Of a stretch of 64,000 bases of DNA, positions 48,919 through 57,912 are shown one piece after another; the first letter of the stretch is position 1, and every line of letters starts with the position of its first letter. The translations under genes and the position numbers were made by a program. Under the pieces are notes generated by a model. It worked only from the letters and a program-made list of their open reading frames with translations, had not been told where the DNA came from and did not search any database. Where the stretch lies: the IMG/VR virus record IMGVR_UViG_3300025785_001261, positions 22,318-86,317 of that record; one strand, given 5' to 3'. The DNA comes from a virus.

Positions 48919-50757
48919 TTAACCTGTGGCTGTAGCACCAAATCCTTGATTGCTGGAACTGGATATGCCTGACAAGATTCCTTGTGCAGCCGATACATCT
49001 TTGGCTGGCGCTTGAGCTGAAGTCGAGGCATATTCAAATTTAGGCACAGGTATCTTGGTGCTGCCCAGGATACGTTGCACAGCGGCATTTACTGTGGCGC
49101 GATTCACTGTGTTGGTAAATCCGGCGGCGACTTTGGTTCCAGACACCAGTTCATCACCACCACCGCCAAACAAGCCACCAACACTGCCTAAACTACCTAG
49201 ATTACCCAGACTGCCGAGATTGCCGATACTGCCTAGACTACCCAGGCTGCCAGTGAGTGAACCGATACTACCTAGTCCAGGTATACTGGTTAGGCTGCCA
49301 AGATTTTTTGTAAGTCCACCTAAACTGCCACTGAGATTGGTAAGACTGCCCAGATTGGTAATACTAGTTAAATTGTTTATGGTGCCCAGATTGCCTAGAT
49401 TACCCAGATTGGTGCCTAATCCGCCTAGATTGTTTAGACCCAAGCTACTAACATTGAAACCGCCTAGATTGTTTAGTCCACCTAGAGGATTGCTAAACAA
49501 GGTGGCAAAACTGCTGGATTTGCCCATGATATTGAGACTGCTGGATAGACCTGATAGACTTCCAGGTAGATTGTTCAAGGCACCTGACAGGCCACTGTAG
49601 CCATTTTTTATCAAGTTCTCTGCTCCGGTTCCTAGATTTTTGATACCGCCTTCGATACTGGATAGACTGAGATTTTCCAAGGAGGAAAGACCTTTTGACA
49701 CGGTGTTGCCAATGGATCCCAAGGACACATTACCCAGTCTTGACCAGGCAGCGGTGGCCGCTGTGCCAAAGGTAGCTCCGTTGTTGATCAAGGCTCCAAT
49801 GGCTGCATTAACAGCAGTGTTGGTTGATCCGGACAGGCCAGCTGCCGCTGTGGCCAAGGTTCCTGTGGCTCCAGAACTGATGGTGCTGGTGTTGACCACT
49901 GACGTACTCAAAAGATCAGCCAGGGGCGTTCCGGCCAACGATGCGGCCACGTCTGATGACACTGATATACTGGCACCAGTGGCTACACTGAGCGCATTGA
50001 TGGTTTGAAGTCCACTGTTGGTATACACAGTGCCTTGATTGGCTGTGATTGCGCTAGTTGGAGTGGGCGTGATTACACCTGCTGCTAAAAGGCTGTTGTA
50101 GCTGTTTTGCATCAAGCTCTGGAAGGCACTGTTTTGTGCGTCGGTGCTGTTGAGAAAATCGTTAAGACTATAGATACCATTGAAGCCGGTCCAGATAGAT
50201 GCTACATTCAACACATCTATCAAATTCATTTGCCCAAAAATAAAACGCTGGTAGGTCCCGGGTTTGACATAGCCGGCCTGTTCCAGCTGTTGGCAAAATA
50301 AGCCATACTGGCCAGCACCACGATCATTGGTGGCCACGTTGGCCGACTGTCCAACAAGATTTACCACCTGAGCCATGAGTCCTTGTACCTGTGATTCGTT
50401 CAAGGGACCAATGGCCTGTGCTCCACTGTTGACCTGCACTATGTCAGCCTGGCTGATGGCATTGGTCAAAGGCACACCGACTAGATCGGGTATACCTGAA
50501 ATAGTGGGTATGTTATTGACTATGGCCAACACGGCTCGCTCATCTACTCCAGCTGTGCCGCGATCTAGTCGGCTCAGGGCAAACTTGGTCAAATTTGATG
50601 TGGCGCTGGTCAAAGTTTGTCCGGCACTGTAGCCCACAAAGGTTCCGGCGGCCACCTGACCATAAAAGATCACATCAGCCTGGGCCTGCGTGGTACCTGT
50701 GGGTGCATTCATTTGAAATGTAGCTCCCGACGGAAGGGTATACTTGAATATGCTCAT
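48919..50757 (-). CDS. Baseplate/tail-associated protein with possible lysozyme-like segment and Leu-Gly-(Ser/Asn) low-complexity region
   Basis: GQYG...LEQAGYVKPG...WTGFNG..S..DFL...Q segment; between gp5-like and gp25-like genes. Confidence 0.65.
   Translation of the reverse strand: MSIFKYTLPSGATFQMNAPTGTTQAQADVIFYGQVAAGTFVGYSAGQTLTSATSNLTKFALSRLDRGTAGVDERAVLAIVNNIPTISGIPDLVGVPLTNAISQADIVQVNSGAQAIGPLNESQVQGLMAQVVNLVGQSANVATNDRGAGQYGLFCQQLEQAGYVKPGTYQRFIFGQMNLIDVLNVASIWTGFNGIYSLNDFLNSTDAQNSAFQSLMQNSYNSLLAAGVITPTPTSAITANQGTVYTNSGLQTINALSVATGASISVSSDVAASLAGTPLADLLSTSVVNTSTISSGATGTLATAAAGLSGSTNTAVNAAIGALINNGATFGTAATAAWSRLGNVSLGSIGNTVSKGLSSLENLSLSSIEGGIKNLGTGAENLIKNGYSGLSGALNNLPGSLSGLSSSLNIMGKSSSFATLFSNPLGGLNNLGGFNVSSLGLNNLGGLGTNLGNLGNLGTINNLTSITNLGSLTNLSGSLGGLTKNLGSLTSIPGLGSIGSLTGSLGSLGSIGNLGSLGNLGSLGSVGGLFGGGGDELVSGTKVAAGFTNTVNRATVNAAVQRILGSTKIPVPKFEYASTSAQAPAKDVSAAQGILSGISSSSNQGFGATATG
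49160..49490 (-). repeat. Degenerate 9-bp / tripeptide (LGS, LGN) coding repeat
   Basis: LGNLGNLG...LGSLGSIGNLGSLGNLGSLG; recurring cctagatt/cccagatt units. Confidence 0.8.
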
Positions 50758-52259
50758 GATGTCTTGGTTATGCTCACATCGTCGGGCACTATGGGTGCTC
50801 CAGGCGGGGAACTAGGTTGTCCTGATTCCAGACTGGTGCTGTCTTGTACGCCTTGATTATGATAAGGATAAGGTTCATGTGTGGGCACGCGAGTACAGAT
50901 ACTTTCAGTTCCGGTGGCATTTACCGTCCAACCCACACTGCTGTTGAATTCCACATCGGGATTTAGATATTTGGTTATTCCTGCAGGAGTTGACACCGAT
51001 GCTGCTGGTGCTTGGCCGTTCAAGCTGATGGGTAGTCCTTTGAGACTCAGCGGACCTTGGCTGGCAATAGCAATGGTTTGGCCTTTCATGGCTATGCTAC
51101 TCTTGCTCTTGACTCCCACCGTGCTGCCAAACAGAGTCAGGGCCGCCTTGGTAGCCACATTGAGATCGGCATCACTTTGTAAACTGGTTCCGGCCTTGCT
51201 CTTCAAGTTCATTTTGTTACCCGCATAGATATTGACATCCTGATCAGCATGCAGATTAATAGTGCCCTGAGTACGAAGATTTATACTGTTGGTGCTGAAC
51301 ACATCCAAGGTACCTTCCTGGCCCAGTTCAACCCAGGTTTGACCATTGGCATGACATATATAAAAACAGTTGCCATCATCACTCATGGTGATCTGATGTC
51401 CTTTGGCTGTGCGTATGCGTATGAGATTGTCGTGTCCATCTAGATCACCATCGTCCATAACAAAACTGTGTCCACCTCTGCGACCAATCACCTTGACGTC
51501 GGCCAGTTTTTCACCGGCTACCTGTGAGCTTGCTGTACCATTACTGTCATCTAGGCCACCTTGATAGATTGCACGACCCGGTGTGGATATACCGTAGCAG
51601 TTGCTGGGGCTTTCGCGTTGGCTGGAGCTGAGAATTGGTCCACGTACTGTGTCATTGTTGAGACCCTGCTGGAACAGGATACCAGCCACATAGCTGTGCA
51701 CCGGTTTGGGCTGATCAAAAAACTTGGGATTCTCATTGATCTTGGTATTGGCCGCATTGATTTCTGTGACCGGTAGCTGTTTGGCGCCGGCAAAATAGGT
51801 TGACTGATTTTGATTTTGTGTTACAGCTTGAGCTGTGGGTGCGGCTCCAATGGCCGGTATCATGTGATTGATGCCCTGCACCGGTACACAGCCCAAGTAG
51901 TAGCCTTGATTGGGATCACCGGCTACAAAGAAACACAACACCGTGGTGCCTATGTCTGGAGGAGTGAACCACATGCCGTAGCTCTGTTGATTGCCTTGTA
52001 GGAATGTACCAGTGCCAGTTGATCCCTGTTGCGGAGTTACTCCGTAAAAAGGCGGCACATAGTTTACTGTGCGCCACAGGCTCTTGTCAGTCTTGTTGGG
52101 TCCAGCAAACTGTTCGATATAGACCTGCAGGCGACCACCTCTGGTGGGATCAACATTGTTCATGACTTCGCCAACAAAAGGACCAAATTCAGCCGAAGCA
52201 CCGGCACGATCAAACTTGTAGCCTTGCGGTTGTCCTTTGTTGCGTGATATATTTTCCAT
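50754..52259 (-). CDS. gp5: Baseplate hub/spike protein (gp5/VgrG OB-fold)
   Basis: DPTRGGRLQVYI, SYGMWFTPPDIG.VL..F..GD, GHSFVMDD, beta-helix repeats, RVPTHEPY. Confidence 0.82.
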   Translation of the reverse strand: MENISRNKGQPQGYKFDRAGASAEFGPFVGEVMNNVDPTRGGRLQVYIEQFAGPNKTDKSLWRTVNYVPPFYGVTPQQGSTGTGTFLQGNQQSYGMWFTPPDIGTTVLCFFVAGDPNQGYYLGCVPVQGINHMIPAIGAAPTAQAVTQNQNQSTYFAGAKQLPVTEINAANTKINENPKFFDQPKPVHSYVAGILFQQGLNNDTVRGPILSSSQRESPSNCYGISTPGRAIYQGGLDDSNGTASSQVAGEKLADVKVIGRRGGHSFVMDDGDLDGHDNLIRIRTAKGHQITMSDDGNCFYICHANGQTWVELGQEGTLDVFSTNSINLRTQGTINLHADQDVNIYAGNKMNLKSKAGTSLQSDADLNVATKAALTLFGSTVGVKSKSSIAMKGQTIAIASQGPLSLKGLPISLNGQAPAASVSTPAGITKYLNPDVEFNSSVGWTVNATGTESICTRVPTHEPYPYHNQGVQDSTSLESGQPSSPPGAPIVPDDVSITKTS

Positions 52260-52272
52260 TTATACTTTCCTG

Positions 52273-54066
52273 TTATCGATCTGATGAATCATCATCAGCA
52301 ACCAGTTGTGCTGGTGCTGGATTATTTTCTACCACTTGTTCTCCCGGAGTCAAACTGTTGGCCACGGCTACATCACCATTGCTGGTAGGATCACCTGGAG
52401 GTGCGGCTGGTTGCGGTGCTGGAGCACTGGCTGCATCAGGACCCACAGTGGTCTGCGACAGGGGATCTGAATCTGGTACTTCGGCGGCTCGATACAGAAC
52501 CCCATCCTTGTATGTATTACCCTTGCTGTCGGTGGTGTAGGTATCTAGTTCGGTATCATAACCAGCAGCAGGAGCACGCACTCCAGCACCAGTGGCGTTG
52601 GTTCCTGCTCCACCAGTGGCACCACCTGCGGTATTGTTGCTGTTGGTCACTGCTCCGGTGACACTGGGTGCGGTCTGTGGTCTTCCAGTACCGGCAGAAG
52701 CCTGTGTACTAGCACTGGCTGGACCGTTTCCAGACACATCGGTCAACAAGGTGCCGTGCAGGACCTGGGTAAAACTGCCCTTGCTGAATGAGCTGTTTAC
52801 CGTCATGCATCGATAGGTTTGATTCTGCTGTGGGTGATTGTGGCTATAGGTGCCGTTTGAATTTTTTTGATTGTTGTTGACCGATGTTATGCCGGTACTG
52901 AAATCGTAGTCTTCGGGCTGGTTCCAGATTATGTCAAAACACACTTCGCTGGCATCAAAGTTAATACCTCCGTCGGCGTTGAATGGCGCAAAACTAAAGT
53001 TGGCAGCATCAATGGTACTGGAACACTCGCCCTGCTGTAACCAGGCCGGATCACCTATGATCTTCAGGGTGACCTTGGCAAAGTCTGCGGGATTATACAG
53101 GAAGTCGGCCAGATTGGCCGCTGGTTCCAGAGTTTTGCCTGTGGCTCCTTGATCGCTTTGATCACTACGAGTCTGGAAACTGCGCTTGTATAACACACTA
53201 CTGTTGGTAGTATAGTCCTGTTGTACATTAGGCAAGTCACCGCTAACCGTCAACAGGAACGTGCTGTTGATGTCTTGCTCGTAGCTTAGGACCGCAGTAT
53301 TTTGTCCTGTGAACCAGTAAGGATAACTCTTGTGTACTCCGCGGAACGATGTCTTGGGAAAGTATTGGCTCTGGGTTTCGTTGATGGCATAGGGAGTAAT
53401 CAAGTAGGTCATCTTGTAGGCTTGATCATTGCGGGCAGGATCGGCACCCAGACTGGTCACGATCACACTGATCTTGTACCAGGCCACATTTTTTCCGCTT
53501 GTGGTGGTGTTTTTCACAGCCTTTTGTGTTTCCTCATCAATGACCCAGGTCTGTTGATCACTGATATAACTGCTGGCACGTATGGTCTGATCTATAAACT
53601 GCACGATCTGTGTCCCGGCTGTGACACTGATAAGGCGACCGGTTGTGTCGGTACTATTGGTATTGGTATCCAAGGCTGTTTTGGCATTGGTTGGCTGTTG
53701 CATGGGCGTGCGATCCTTGTTGGTCTCGCCTTGTTTTTTCACTGTGGCATTGCCCATGGTGGCTGGAGCAAAAACTATTTCATACTGGTCGGCTATCTTG
53801 TATTGTTTTTTCTTGGCCAGATCCTGTTGCCAGGCATTGAGTGCTTCACACAGACCAGTAAACTGTTGTGCTGGGTTGGATCCGGTGGGTGCGGCTGTGG
53901 CATTGGGCGGCGCTGTGTTGGGATCGGTAGGTGCGGCTGCTTGTACAGCCGGAGCCGACGTGGCATCGCGTACTGCGGCTGTGGTACGCTGACTGGCACT
54001 AAAGCTCTGAGGGAAGCTACCAAGAAAAGTAGTACCAAGTGCGTTCTTCTGTCCATTGGCTGGCAT
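52273..54066 (-). CDS. Baseplate hub-like protein, probable C-terminal part
   Basis: KSYPYWFTGQN..VL, LKIIGDPAWL, Y....V.SSFSKGSFTQ.L; GGAGGT RBS. Confidence 0.65.
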   Translation of the reverse strand: MPANGQKNALGTTFLGSFPQSFSASQRTTAAVRDATSAPAVQAAAPTDPNTAPPNATAAPTGSNPAQQFTGLCEALNAWQQDLAKKKQYKIADQYEIVFAPATMGNATVKKQGETNKDRTPMQQPTNAKTALDTNTNSTDTTGRLISVTAGTQIVQFIDQTIRASSYISDQQTWVIDEETQKAVKNTTTSGKNVAWYKISVIVTSLGADPARNDQAYKMTYLITPYAINETQSQYFPKTSFRGVHKSYPYWFTGQNTAVLSYEQDINSTFLLTVSGDLPNVQQDYTTNSSVLYKRSFQTRSDQSDQGATGKTLEPAANLADFLYNPADFAKVTLKIIGDPAWLQQGECSSTIDAANFSFAPFNADGGINFDASEVCFDIIWNQPEDYDFSTGITSVNNNQKNSNGTYSHNHPQQNQTYRCMTVNSSFSKGSFTQVLHGTLLTDVSGNGPASASTQASAGTGRPQTAPSVTGAVTNSNNTAGGATGGAGTNATGAGVRAPAAGYDTELDTYTTDSKGNTYKDGVLYRAAEVPDSDPLSQTTVGPDAASAPAPQPAAPPGDPTSNGDVAVANSLTPGEQVVENNPAPAQLVADDDSSDR

Positions 54067-54068
54067 GA

Positions 54069-55238
54069 TTAACCTCCACCGTATCTGTTGGGATCAGCTG
54101 CGCTGGCCGCTGTGACTTGACCACTACTGTCAAGTATGGCTTGATCGTTGGGCACGTTGGTTGGTGCTTGTTGCACTGTAGGTGTGCTGAGGCGCCCATC
54201 CTGGACCTGATTGGTAGCGGCTATGCCACTGCCGGGCTTGCCATTCAGTACTTCAGCCAAGGTCTTGCCAGAAAATTCATAGTTGAACGGTATAGAGCCG
54301 CGAGCTGATCCCAGGCCAGTTGAGTATGGTAACGGCACACAGCTGATTTTGTATTCAACCTGCTTGTTGACTATGCGGGTGGTCAAGTTGGCTATGGAAA
54401 AAGGAAAATATTTCTGTACCACAGCCGGAGCACCGCCAGCAAAGGTCGCATTGTTGGTTATGCTGCCGGTGGCCGGTGCCACTAGATTGCCAGCGCTGTC
54501 GTAGCCATAGAACTGTATGACCAGGCAGTACTGCACCTGTTGCCAAGAACTCAAGGGTGGTAGATTGTTTTGTTTGAAAAGATCCACTGCTGACCGGTAT
54601 AGATTATCGATCAAGGTAAATCCATTGGGTTCGGTCACAGTAAAACTCATGGCCGTGTTGTTGTTGGGACCGCCGGATCCTTTGCCCAAGATCTGAGTTT
54701 CAATTTCTAGATTGTCCATATAGTAATCCAGATTGAAATAGCTGTTGCGGCTACCTGCATTGTTGCCGGGAGTGAGTTGAGCACCACCGTCCTGCATCAA
54801 CAGGCTCCAGGTATTGATATTTTTTTGACCGCTTTGCCCCAGAGCATTGAACTGGGTCGGTGTCAGCATGTACCAGGATATAGCATAGGTATAACTGGTA
54901 TACTGATCCAGCACATTGGGTTCGGGGTTGATCTGTTGATTGGCCGATGCGTTGACTACTGTTTGTGTGACTGTGTTGTTTGGCGCTGTACCGTCTTCGG
55001 TGGCGGCACCTACACCGGGATTTTGTGCCGGGGTTTGTGCGCTGTATTCTGAATCGTTGTAAAATCCTGCGTTGTTGTTAGGATCAGCCGGCGGGGTAGC
55101 CTGGGTGGTGGTCAAAGTTTTGACCGGGTCGTTGGTACCAACGTCGTCTCTGCTCGCAGCCACGGTTCGTTGACTTACTCCAAAGCTGGTAGGCAAAGGA
55201 CCAAAAAAGTTGGGATTGTTTTGTCGGTTGGCCGGCAT
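54069..55238 (-). CDS. Baseplate hub-like protein, probable N-terminal part
   Basis: NVLDQYTSYTY.ISW, YYMDNLEI, FTVTEPNG..L.D.L, L.IQFYGYD. Confidence 0.65.
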   Translation of the reverse strand: MPANRQNNPNFFGPLPTSFGVSQRTVAASRDDVGTNDPVKTLTTTQATPPADPNNNAGFYNDSEYSAQTPAQNPGVGAATEDGTAPNNTVTQTVVNASANQQINPEPNVLDQYTSYTYAISWYMLTPTQFNALGQSGQKNINTWSLLMQDGGAQLTPGNNAGSRNSYFNLDYYMDNLEIETQILGKGSGGPNNNTAMSFTVTEPNGFTLIDNLYRSAVDLFKQNNLPPLSSWQQVQYCLVIQFYGYDSAGNLVAPATGSITNNATFAGGAPAVVQKYFPFSIANLTTRIVNKQVEYKISCVPLPYSTGLGSARGSIPFNYEFSGKTLAEVLNGKPGSGIAATNQVQDGRLSTPTVQQAPTNVPNDQAILDSSGQVTAASAADPNRYGGG

Positions 55239-55239
55239 G

Positions 55240-55539
55240 CTAGAATCCCAACACTGTTTTTAAGGTATTGATATTGGGTAGGTAAATCTGTACACCAGCG
55301 GCAAAATCAAGCGGTGGTTTGGTCAGGGTGTTGGAATTGCGTTGATAGAAAACCCACCAGAGTCCAGGATTGCCATAGAGGTCATAGGCCAGGAGATCGG
55401 GTCTGTATTGATAGGTCTGATTTAGAACCAAGAGTTGATCATCAGGGCGTTTAGGAATGGGTCTATTGACCATGACATCCAAGAAGAACTGGCTATATCC
55501 AGTGAGATAGTAAGGACTGGTCGAATCGTAAGTGGCCAT
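55240..55539 (-). CDS. gp53: Baseplate wedge protein (gp53/LysM-like)
   Basis: YRPDLLAYDLYGNPGLWWVF..RN...G..IYLP. Confidence 0.82.
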   Translation of the reverse strand: MATYDSTSPYYLTGYSQFFLDVMVNRPIPKRPDDQLLVLNQTYQYRPDLLAYDLYGNPGLWWVFYQRNSNTLTKPPLDFAAGVQIYLPNINTLKTVLGF

Positions 55540-56834
55540 TACCAGAATCCTTTTCTTAGTAGATCACCACTGGCAAATCCTTTGAGGCTAAACTGTGTGC
55601 TGACCTGTTGACGACTCTGTACCGGCATCAAGGCTAGTTGTATTTCAATCTTGGTTGGCACATAGGTTGGACTGTTAAGAGTATTAGCTGGTGGTGGTGC
55701 TGTGGGCTTGGCACCTTGTGATACTGGATTGCCGTTGCTGAGTATGGCCGTGGCCAGCCGTTGTAAACTGCCAAAGTTGCTGTTGATGCTGACACCGGTC
55801 TTGGGTCTGGCCAAGTCCTGATTCAGTTGTAGATTGTTGGTACTACCAGCACGGATGTAATCTACATCAGCTGGCAAAACATAGTTAAAGTTACTCACCA
55901 GACAGGCATGATTGTTGAACTGATATTCACCTAGACCCGAAAGGTAAACCACCGGTGGCGGCGAACCGCGCTCGGCATCTTGTCCATAGAACATCTTGGT
56001 CACAGATTTGAAAAATTGTATCACGGCCAACATGTAATTGGCTTCGGTAGTATTTTGTGCGGTAAAGGGCGCAGTGATATTGATAATGTCCACAAAGCTG
56101 TTTTGATACCAGTAGCCACGATAGTTTGAATGCGTAAGGTCGTAAGGACTATAGCTGGCACGATAGGCCGTGGTGATGGCCGGCGTGTAAGGAAATATTA
56201 CTCCATTGGTACCGCGCAAGGGTTCCAGGATGCCAGCCGAGCCGGTTGGCTGAGAATTATAAAGATACTTGCTCTGCGGTGCTAGACTCAGTTTGACTCG
56301 CCAGTCATTTTGATTGATCTGTCGATTCTGATCTGAAAAGGTCTGTTGTTTTTGTGCTGACCCGGTGAGCCCTTGTATAGCTGATGCTATGGCCCCGGAT
56401 GTTGATCCAAGATTAAACAGGGCGCCTGCGAATGAACCACCGTTGACCGCTCCAGTAGCATCGGTGATGGCCTTGGCTTCAGGATTGACTGTGGGACTGA
56501 CTTCGCTGTCAGATGCAGCAGCTCGATAGAATGTACCATTTTTAAAAATATTGCCTTTGCTGTCAGTGGTGTAGGTATCGGTTGGTTTTCCAGTTTCAGG
56601 GTCCACTGTAGGATCTACTTCGCTGTCAGAATTGGCTGCACGATAGAAAGTACCGTTCTTGAAAACATTGCCGTTGCTGTCAGTGGTGTATTCGTCGGCC
56701 GAAGTAACTTCGCTGTTGGCTGCAGGATCTACCGGCTGAGGTTCAGTTGCTATTTGATCCGCAGGTGGTTGTGTATCTACCGGTTGAGGTACTTCGGGGT
56801 CTGTACCTGGGTCTACGTTTGTATCGTCAGCCAT
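55539..56834 (-). CDS. Tail tube initiator / baseplate-tube junction protein (gp48/gp54-like)
   Basis: GVIFPYTP.I, THSNY, FTAQN..EA, KSVTKMFYG, GSPPP...LSGLG; acidic repeat N-terminus. Confidence 0.72.
   Translation of the reverse strand: MADDTNVDPGTDPEVPQPVDTQPPADQIATEPQPVDPAANSEVTSADEYTTDSNGNVFKNGTFYRAANSDSEVDPTVDPETGKPTDTYTTDSKGNIFKNGTFYRAAASDSEVSPTVNPEAKAITDATGAVNGGSFAGALFNLGSTSGAIASAIQGLTGSAQKQQTFSDQNRQINQNDWRVKLSLAPQSKYLYNSQPTGSAGILEPLRGTNGVIFPYTPAITTAYRASYSPYDLTHSNYRGYWYQNSFVDIINITAPFTAQNTTEANYMLAVIQFFKSVTKMFYGQDAERGSPPPVVYLSGLGEYQFNNHACLVSNFNYVLPADVDYIRAGSTNNLQLNQDLARPKTGVSINSNFGSLQRLATAILSNGNPVSQGAKPTAPPPANTLNSPTYVPTKIEIQLALMPVQSRQQVSTQFSLKGFASGDLLRKGFW
56475..56696 (-). repeat. Tandem duplication of a ~35-aa module (YTTDS.GN.FKNGTFYRAA.SDSEV.PTV.PE)
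   Basis: Two similar copies visible at DNA and protein level. Confidence 0.85.
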
Positions 56835-56851
56835 GTTGGTTTCCTATCGAA

Positions 56852-56857
56852 TATTTA
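56852..56857 (-). promoter_or_regulatory. TAAATA late promoter for the baseplate operon
   Basis: CGGTAAATA then AGGA RBS and ATG 56834; same CGGTAAATA context as at 29368. Confidence 0.65.
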
Positions 56858-56893
56858 CCGCAAAAATAATCTGGCCATATAATGATAAATAGG

Positions 56894-56921
56894 TTGACAC
56901 GTGTGGTTTTTGTGCTACAAT
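56894..56921 (+). promoter_or_regulatory. Sigma70-type promoter TTGACA-N16-TACAAT (TGn extended) for gp55
   Basis: Consensus -35, extended -10, AGGAG RBS downstream. Confidence 0.7.
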
Positions 56922-56946
56922 AACTACACTATTAGGAGACTCCTCA

Positions 56947-57867
56947 GTGGCCACACAATTTGCCCCCAAGATCATAACACCCAAGAATTACCTCAACAAC
57001 CGAGACATATTAAAACAGATTCACCTAAGCAAGAACACCTACTGTAGCTATCTAGATCCGGTCACGGATCATCAGTACGATATCATCTTGCCCACCGTAC
57101 TCAAAATCAATCAGAGAACCATAGCCGAAGCACGCAGAAACAGAGCTGACCGTATCAAGCGCGAAACCGGTGTGGTCGTAGACCCTAAAAAGATCCCCAA
57201 TACCGATCTGGTGTTTCGTGTTACCTGTTGGGATCACATACCCATGGCGCCAAAAAAAGCGCCCAAGGTCACAGGCAAAAAACGCAAGATTGAGGACATG
57301 CTGGAACTGGATCTTTTTGAAGAAGAAGATCCACTGGCTGATCTAGTCGACGAACCCATACTGGATGCCAAGCACATACGCCTGAACTTTCCGCCATTCT
57401 ATCACTATCGCTTGAACGAGGCCAAAGAACCTGTGTTGGTGGGCAAGAGTCACTGGAAAGGCGACTTGACGCACGGCGAATTCTCAAAAGATCACGGACA
57501 GGCCACAAGAACACTTGCTACCATGTACATGAAATTATGTGAACGCTATGCCACTCGTAGCAACTGGCGCGGCTACACCTACAACGAAGAAATGCGTGGC
57601 CAGGCCCTGTTGCAACTGAGTCAGATTGGTCTACAATTTGACGAGTCCAAAAGTCAAAATCCGTTTGCCTACTACACAGCCGCGATCACCAACAGTTTCA
57701 CACGTATTTTGAATCTAGAAAAGAAAAATCAAAACATTCGTGACGACATGTTGGAACAGGCTGGACTCAATCCTTCTTGGACTAGACAAAATGCCGGCAA
57801 GAAGAACCCCAACTCAGGAGCTGTGGTTACCAACATTGATATTGCAGAATACAACGACGAAACTTAA
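56947..57867 (+). CDS. gp55: Late-transcription sigma factor (T4 gp55-like)
   Basis: NYLNN.D.L, NWRGYTYNEEM, FDESKSQNPFAYYT..I.NSF.R....EKK; upstream of gp47/gp46 as in T4. Confidence 0.9.
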   Translation: MATQFAPKIITPKNYLNNRDILKQIHLSKNTYCSYLDPVTDHQYDIILPTVLKINQRTIAEARRNRADRIKRETGVVVDPKKIPNTDLVFRVTCWDHIPMAPKKAPKVTGKKRKIEDMLELDLFEEEDPLADLVDEPILDAKHIRLNFPPFYHYRLNEAKEPVLVGKSHWKGDLTHGEFSKDHGQATRTLATMYMKLCERYATRSNWRGYTYNEEMRGQALLQLSQIGLQFDESKSQNPFAYYTAAITNSFTRILNLEKKNQNIRDDMLEQAGLNPSWTRQNAGKKNPNSGAVVTNIDIAEYNDET

Positions 57868-57876
57868 CCAGACTGG

Positions 57877-57905
57877 TTGCAATCAACCGATTGTGACTGT
57901 AAACT
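57877..57905 (+). promoter_or_regulatory. Sigma70-type promoter TTGCAA-N17-TAAACT, probably leaderless
   Basis: -10 ends 7 nt before ATG 57913; no SD. Confidence 0.5.
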
Positions 57906-57912
57906 GTAATCT

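Noticed and set aside
49055-49600. Plus-strand 181-aa ORF with LPR repeats
   Set aside because: Antisense shadow of the LGS/LGN repeat in the real minus-strand gene
54040-54090. Frameshift or sequencing error splitting the hub gene
   Set aside because: The second ORF has a strong GGAGGT RBS and its own duplicated leader; no slippery site is evident
56475-56696. CRISPR array or DGR template/variable repeat
   Set aside because: The repeats are in-frame coding modules with no repeat-spacer pattern, differences are not adenine-specific, and no reverse transcriptase is present
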